Source: Tubiluchus corallicola (Eukaryota > Animalia > Priapulida). Taken from it: a DNA stretch of 64,000 nucleotides. Below are positions 57,897-64,000 of the stretch, in pieces (position 1 is the stretch's first letter; every line of letters begins with the position of its first letter). The stretch lies in assembly GCA_030141605.1 (NCBI GenBank), contig JAQGDQ010000670.1:51613-115612 (forward strand), written 5' to 3'. The notes under the pieces are model-generated. The model was not told the origin of the DNA. It saw nothing but the letters and a program-made list of their open reading frames with translations, and ran no database searches. A program made the position numbers and the translations under genes.

Positions 57897-59970
57897 CTTC
57901 CCAAGCTAGTATATGTATTAGAAGCCACAATATATTAGACTGTAGCTCATCAAGCTAGACTACTTTTTCTCAAGATAGTATATGCATTAGAAGCTACAAT
58001 ATATTAGACTGTAGTTCAACTAGCTAGACTACTTTTTCCCAAGATAGTATATGCATTAGAAGCTACAATATATTAGACTGTAGTTCAACTAGCTAGACTA
58101 CTTTTTCCCAAGGTAGTATATGCATGAGAAGCCACATTATATTAGACTGTAGTTCAACTAGCTAGACTACTTTTTCCCAAGGTAGTATATGCATTAGAAG
58201 CCACAATATATTAGACTGTAGTTCAACTAGCTAGACTACTTTTTCCCAAGGTAGTACATGCATGAGAAGCCACATTATATTAGACTGTAGTTCAACAAGC
58301 TAAACTACTTTTTCCCAAGGTAGTATATGCATTAGAAGCTACAATATATTAAACTGTAGTTCAACTAGCTAGACTACTTTTTCCCAAGGTAGTATGTGCA
58401 TTAGAAGCCACAATATATTAGACTGTAGTTCAACTAGCTAGACTACTTTTTCCCAAGGTAGTATGTGCATGAGAAGCCACATTATATTAGACTGTAGTTC
58501 AACAAGCTAAACTACTTTTTCCCAAGGTAGTATATGCATTAGAAGCTACAATATATTAAACTGTAGTTCAACTAGCTAGACTACTTTTTCCCAAGGTAGT
58601 ATGTGCATTAGAAGCCACAATATATTAGACTGTAGTTCAACTAGCTAGACTACTTTTTCCCAAAGTAGTATGTGCATTAGAAGCCACAAAATATTAGACT
58701 GTAGTTCAACAAGCTAGACTACTTTTTCAAAAGGTAGTATGTGCATTAGAAGCCACAATATATTAGACTGTAGTTCAACAAGCTAAACTACTTTTTCCCA
58801 AGGTAGTATGTGCATGAGAAGCCACATTATATTAGACTGTAGTTCAACAAGCTAGACTACTTTTTCCCAAGGTAGTATGTGCATTAGAAGCCACAATATA
58901 TTAGACTGTAGTTCAACTAGCTAGACTACTTTTTCCCAAGGTAGTATGTGTATTAGAAGCCACAAAATATTAGACTGTAGTTCAACTAGCTAGACTACTT
59001 TTTCCTCAAGGTAGTATGTGCATTAGAAGCCACAATATATTAGACTGTAGTTCAACTAGCTAGACTACTTTTTCCCAAAGTAGTATGTGCATTAGAAGCC
59101 ACAATATATTAGACTGTAGTTCAACTAGCTAGACTACTTTTTCCCAAAGTAGTATGTGCATTAGAAGCCACAATATATTAGACTGTAGTTCAACAAGCTA
59201 GACTACTTTTTCTCAAGGTAGTATATGCATGAGAAGCCACAATATATTAGACTGTAGTTCAACAAGCTAAACTACTTTTTCCCAAGGTAGTATATGCATT
59301 AGAAGCTACAATATATTAGACTGTAGTTCAACTAGCTAGACTACTTTTTCCCAAGGTAGTATATGCATTAGAAGCCACAATATATTAGACTGTAGTTCAA
59401 CTAGCTAGACTACTTTTTCCCAAGGTAGTATGTGCATTAGAAGCCACAATATATTAGACTGTAGTTCAACTAGCTAGACTACTTTTTCCCAAAGTAGTAT
59501 ATGCATTAGAAGCCACAATATATTAGACTGTAGTTCAACAAGCTAGACTACTTTTTCCCAAGGTAGTATATGCATTAGAAGCCACAATATATTAGACTGT
59601 AGTTCAACTAGCTAGACTACTTTTTCCCAAGGTAGTATATGCATTAGAAGCCACAATATATTAGACTGTAGTTCAACTAGCTAGACTACTTTTTCTCAAG
59701 GTAGTATATGCATTAGAAGCCACAAAATATTAGACTGTAGTTCAACAAGCTAGACTACTTTTTCCCAAGGTAGTATATGCATTAGAAGCCACAATATATT
59801 AGACTGTAGTTCAACAAGCTAGACTACTTTTTCCCAAGGTAGTATATGCATTAGAAGCCACAATATATTAGACTGTAGTTCAACAAGCTAGACTACTTTT
59901 TCCCAAGGTAGTATATGCATTAGAAGCCACAATATATTAGACTGTAGTTCAACAAGCTAGACTACTTTTT
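57897..59970 (+). repeat. Minisatellite, 69-bp unit x~30 (outer left arm of palindrome)
   Basis: Unit TTTTCCCAAGGTAGTATATGCATTAGAAGCCACAATATATTAGACTGTAGTTCAACTAGCTAGACTACT; period from starts at 58021 and 58090. Confidence 0.98.
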
Positions 59971-60540
59971 CTACTCTGACATTGTATAGGTGGAACTTGT
60001 TATGTACACACGTCTCTGTTACATTTAAAATTTGACTTATAATTATACTGCTACCTTTTACTGACATTCTGGCTTCTTCTCGACTCAATATTGGACCAAC
60101 AATGTATGTATGCATTTTTAGCTTTTTAGTGTAACGTAGTAATCTGTAGCACTTATTTTTCTAGCACTTATTTCAGTAGTTTTGTAGAGGTAGTAATTGT
60201 AGACTACAAAAAATTTGTATTTTGCAGAATAAACTAACATAGACATGGGAATGAAAGTGAAGTTGTCGTAATGGAAAATACAATATTAAAAAGTACACAA
60301 AGTAATACATACTGCCAAAGCAAACTCGTCAAAATCAACTGTGATACCCTTATTTTGCAATCTGCATTCATATATATCTGCACACGCGTTAGTAAACATA
60401 AGCAAATCATCACTAGATCTACAGAAACCTTTTCCAGACAATTTGCATTTCCTGCCACACATCCTGAGACAATCATTGTTAATTACGAATTCAAGTTACT
60501 GAACTAAACATAATTACGGTACTCCCATCACAGTATACAC
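59971..60540 (+). repeat. Non-tandem inner left arm of the large inverted repeat
   Basis: About 7 differences from the reverse complement of 61247-61815. Confidence 0.95.
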
Positions 60541-60573
60541 CCATTCATCTACTAACTGGGCTGGGTTACTTAA

Positions 60574-61198
60574 AGGACAAGAAAAGGGGTACCTGAAGTA
60601 TGTTTCAGAAAAATCGACTTAAAAAAATATATGACTTTATAGCAATTTTATACAGCAATATCGTACTCGCGTTGAAAGGATTTTTTTGTTTGTTTTCATT
60701 TTAAATCTCCCGCAATGCTGTTCCGACCGCGCCATTACATGACGTCATATACGCACAACATAAATCAGGGGAAGAAAAGAAATGTTAAACTATGTCACAA
60801 AAAACTTTCCACGCAAATCTATATTACTTAGCATTTCGCTTACCTGTTGGAAAGACTTATGTAGCTAGAAATAATAATTTAAAATGTTCGTGCCAAATGG
60901 TAAAATGTCGCTGACTCACCATCCAGGGTGCACCACTCACTAACTAAAAATGTAGCTTAGTTAGCAATATGTATGCTACGAATGTTCTAACTTTACTCAA
61001 TGTTATCAAAACTTGTTTCAAACGACCTACCATTAAAATGGCTGCGCCTAACGGTCATCGCGGGAGTTTAAATTTACACGTTTTATACAGCGCTACGGCC
61101 GACGCAAGTCCTGCATGCAAAAAGGCAGCATGTAAGTGATATAAATTTTCGAGACGAATTTTTTAAGCTTCGATGTAAGTGGAGGGTTATCTTGTACT
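60574..61198 (+). mobile_element. Complete Kolobok/T2-MITE-like family B element in the palindrome spacer
   Basis: TTAA (60570-60573) AGGACAAGAAAA ... TTATCTTGTACT TTAA (61199-61202); 10/12 TIR match; four other copies in the window. Confidence 0.85.
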
Positions 61199-61246
61199 TT
61201 AACCTTAACTTGTTGGTAATCTCAACACTGAGATGATGATGATGGG

Positions 61247-61815
61247 ATGTATACTGTGATGGGAGTACCGTAATTATGTTTAGTTCAGTAACTTGAATTC
61301 GTAATTAACAATGATTGTCTCAGGATGTGTGGCAGGAAATGCAAATTGTCTGGAAAAGGTTTCTGTAGATCTAGTGATGATTTGCTTATGTTTACTAACG
61401 CGTGTGCAGATATATATGAATGCAGATTGCAAAATAAGGGTATCACAGTTGATTTTGACGAGTTTGCTTTGGCAGTATGTATTACTTTGTGTACTTTTTA
61501 ATATTGTATTTTCCATTACGACAACTTCACTTTCATTCCCATGTCTATGTTAGTTTATTCTGCAAAATACAAATTTTTTGTAGTCTACAATTACTACCTC
61601 TACAAATCTACTGAAATAAGTGCTAGAAAAATAAGTGCTACAGATTACTACGTTACACTAAAAATCTAAAATGCATACATACATTGTTGGTTCAATATTG
61701 AGTCGAGAAAAAGCCAGAATGTCAGTAAAAGGTAGCAGTATGATTATAAGTCAAATTTTAAATGTAACAGAGACGTGTGTACATAACAAGTTCCACCTAT
61801 ATAATGTCAGAGTAG
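61247..61815 (-). repeat. Non-tandem inner right arm of the large inverted repeat
   Basis: Mirror of 59971-60540; identical 78-aa and 80-aa ORFs are called on opposite strands. Confidence 0.95.
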
Positions 61816-62434
61816 AAAAAGTAGTCTAGCTTGTTGAACTATAGTCCAATAGATTGTGGCTTCTAATGCATATACTACCTTGGGAAAAAGTAGTTTAGCT
61901 TGTTGAACTACAGTCTAATATAATGTGGCTTCTAATGCATATGCTACCTTGAGGAAAAAGTAGTCTAGCTTGTTGAACTACAGTCTAATATATCGTCGCT
62001 TCTAATGCATATACTATCTTGGGAAAAAGTAGTCTAGCTAGTTGAACTACAGTCTAATATATTGTGGCTTCTAATGCATATACTATCTTGGGAAAAAGTA
62101 GTCTAGCTAGTTGAACTACAGTCTAATATATTGTGGCTTCTAATGCATATACTACCTTGGGAAAAAGTAGTCTAGCTAGTTGAACTACAGTCTAATATAT
62201 TGTAGCTTCTAATGCACATACTACCTTGGGAAAAAGTAGTCTAGCTTGTTGAACTACAGTCTAATATATTGTGGCTTCTAATGCACATACTACTTTGGGA
62301 AAAAGTAGTCTAGCTAGTTGAACTACAGTCTAATATATTGTGGCTTCTAATGCACATACTACCTTGGGAAAAAGTAGTCTAGCTAGTTGAACTACAGTCT
62401 AATATATTGTGGCTTCTAATGCATATACTACCTT
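61816..62434 (-). repeat. 69-bp minisatellite x~9 in inverted orientation (outer right arm)
   Basis: Reverse complement of the 57897-59970 unit. Confidence 0.97.
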
Positions 62435-62441
62435 TAGTGGA

Positions 62442-62760
62442 GTTATCAAAAACGCCTTTGCACTATTAATTGTGTTAAAATGAATACTTTTTGTCGGACT
62501 TGATAATGGGGTAGTATTCATGGGTGTATATCAAGACTACAGCACCCTAGGCTGATAGTTCTGTCCGTCCATCTCTATTGTGAATTTGTGGTTGTTTACA
62601 TGTAATGAGCAGAATAAACAAAAAGTTTTTCTAAAATGATGGGCGGATTTTTTCTAAAATGTGACGCCCCTCAAACTTTGGCGACCTAGGCTATAGCTTA
62701 GTTAGCCTATTGGTTAATATGCCCTTGGTAAATTTGAAAAATCATCCTGTTTTCCTTTAA
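62442..62760 (-). mobile_element. Family A terminus interrupted by a degenerate hAT MITE (~62519-62727, related to 30113-30503)
   Basis: ..GGGGTAGTATT [insert ending TTGGTTAATATGCCCTTG] GTAAATTTGAAAAATCATCCTGTTTTCCT-TTAA. Confidence 0.7.
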
Positions 62761-63328
62761 CCAAGTTCAGATTATATGCATTATAAGTCATTCTTATCAT
62801 TAATTTTGTTGCTTCTTCTGATCTCTGACCTGGATAATACGGGTTTGCAGATGCATGAAATGAGTAAATTTATAACCATACCGATTTCAATAAAACTTTA
62901 GTTATGTTGAATTCTTTTAATAACGCGCAATTAGAAGAAATTATACATGTGTTAATCAGACTTATCCGTTTCATCATCCTGCAAGTTGCAGTCAGTACGT
63001 CATGATTTTAACGACAATGTACTTCAATTTAATTATTTTTAAAATTAAGCTTAATCTTGCACATACACACTGGCTGACACAGCTGATATTTCTGAGAAAC
63101 AACTAAGCAAATCTGCCCTACTTCAGAGGGTTAGATTTGTCCTCATAAAAATATTCATCTAGAAATTCCGTGAACTGCAAAGTCCATAAATGAATTTCAC
63201 TTTCACCTACGTCAGATAGAGAAGAACTAAATGCTAATGTCATTAATCTTTATGGATTTAATAAGTTTAAGTCAACTCTAGTACAGTATTACTTTCAACC
63301 TATATTATACATATTCGGGCATTTACGC

Positions 63329-63984
63329 AGGACAAGAATGGGGTACCTGAAGTAGGTTTCTGAAAACTCGCCTTAAAAAGTATATTACTTTATAGCATTT
63401 TTATGCATATATCGTACTCGCGTTAAAAGGAAGTTTTGTTTGTTTTCATTTTAAATCTCCTGCAATACTGTTCCGAGGTCGTCACCTACGCAAACGTAAA
63501 TCAGGGAAAGAAAAGGCAATGTTAAATTAAGTTCAAAAAACTTTCCATGCAAATCTATATTACTTAGCATTTCGTTTGCCTGCTGGAAAGACTTATGTAA
63601 CTAGAAATAATAATTTAAAATGTTCGTGCCAATTGGTTAAATGTCGCTAGCTCACCCTCCAGGGTGCGCCATGCACTCACTAACCAAAAACGTATTTTTA
63701 ATGTTATTGACAAGAAACAGTAATTTAAAATTTTACTTAGTTAGTAACATGTGTGCTACGCATGATTATTTTTTCAAACTTGACGCATGTTATCTAAACT
63801 TGTTCCAAACGAACTACCAATAAAATGGCTGGGCCTAATGGTCATCGCGCGAACTTAAATTTACAAGTTTTATGCAGCGTTACTGCCAACGCAAGCTCTG
63901 CATGCAAAAAGGCAGTGTGTAAGTGGTATAAAACTTCAAGACGAATTTTTTAAGCTTGATGTAAGTGGAGGGTTTTCTTGCACT
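63329..63984 (+). mobile_element. Kolobok/T2-MITE-like family B, near full length
   Basis: Colinear with 60574-61198 from AGGACAAGAATGGGGTACCTGAAG to GGAGGGTTTTCTTG; flanking TTAA not intact. Confidence 0.85.
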
Positions 63985-64000
63985 TCTTACGCCAAGTAGG

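Noticed and set aside
60234-61553. Duplicated 78-aa and 80-aa ORFs
   Set aside because: They reflect the inverted repeat; no recognisable domain or splice structure.

Overview
AT-rich animal (invertebrate-type) genomic DNA, almost all intronic and repeat-derived. The one host gene is on the + strand: four phase-compatible GT-AG exons (14281-14396, 39014-39221, 49442-49600, 51100-51228) encode the first two Ig domains of a DIP/lachesin/IgLON-type neural adhesion protein. A possible signal-peptide exon lies at 9191-9266, and the remaining exons appear to lie beyond the window. The introns hold 3' fragments of several LINE clades (RTE, CR1/L2-like, Rex1/Babar, RTE-X-like, R1-like), hAT MITEs with 8-bp TSDs, TTAA-flanked Kolobok/T2-like MITEs, a tRNA-derived SINE, nine unrelated minisatellite types (17-89 bp units) and many long microsatellites. 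Nearly all long ORFs in the supplied track are artefacts of these repeats. The most unusual structures are a ~4.5 kb foldback-like palindrome with minisatellite outer arms (57897-62434), a ~500 bp bipartite RTE element with a twister-ribozyme-like 5' end (23841-24341), and a hAT element carrying an atypical transposase N-terminus (45642-46201). There is no CRISPR array or prokaryotic system. All family assignments come from motif recognition by eye, not database searches.
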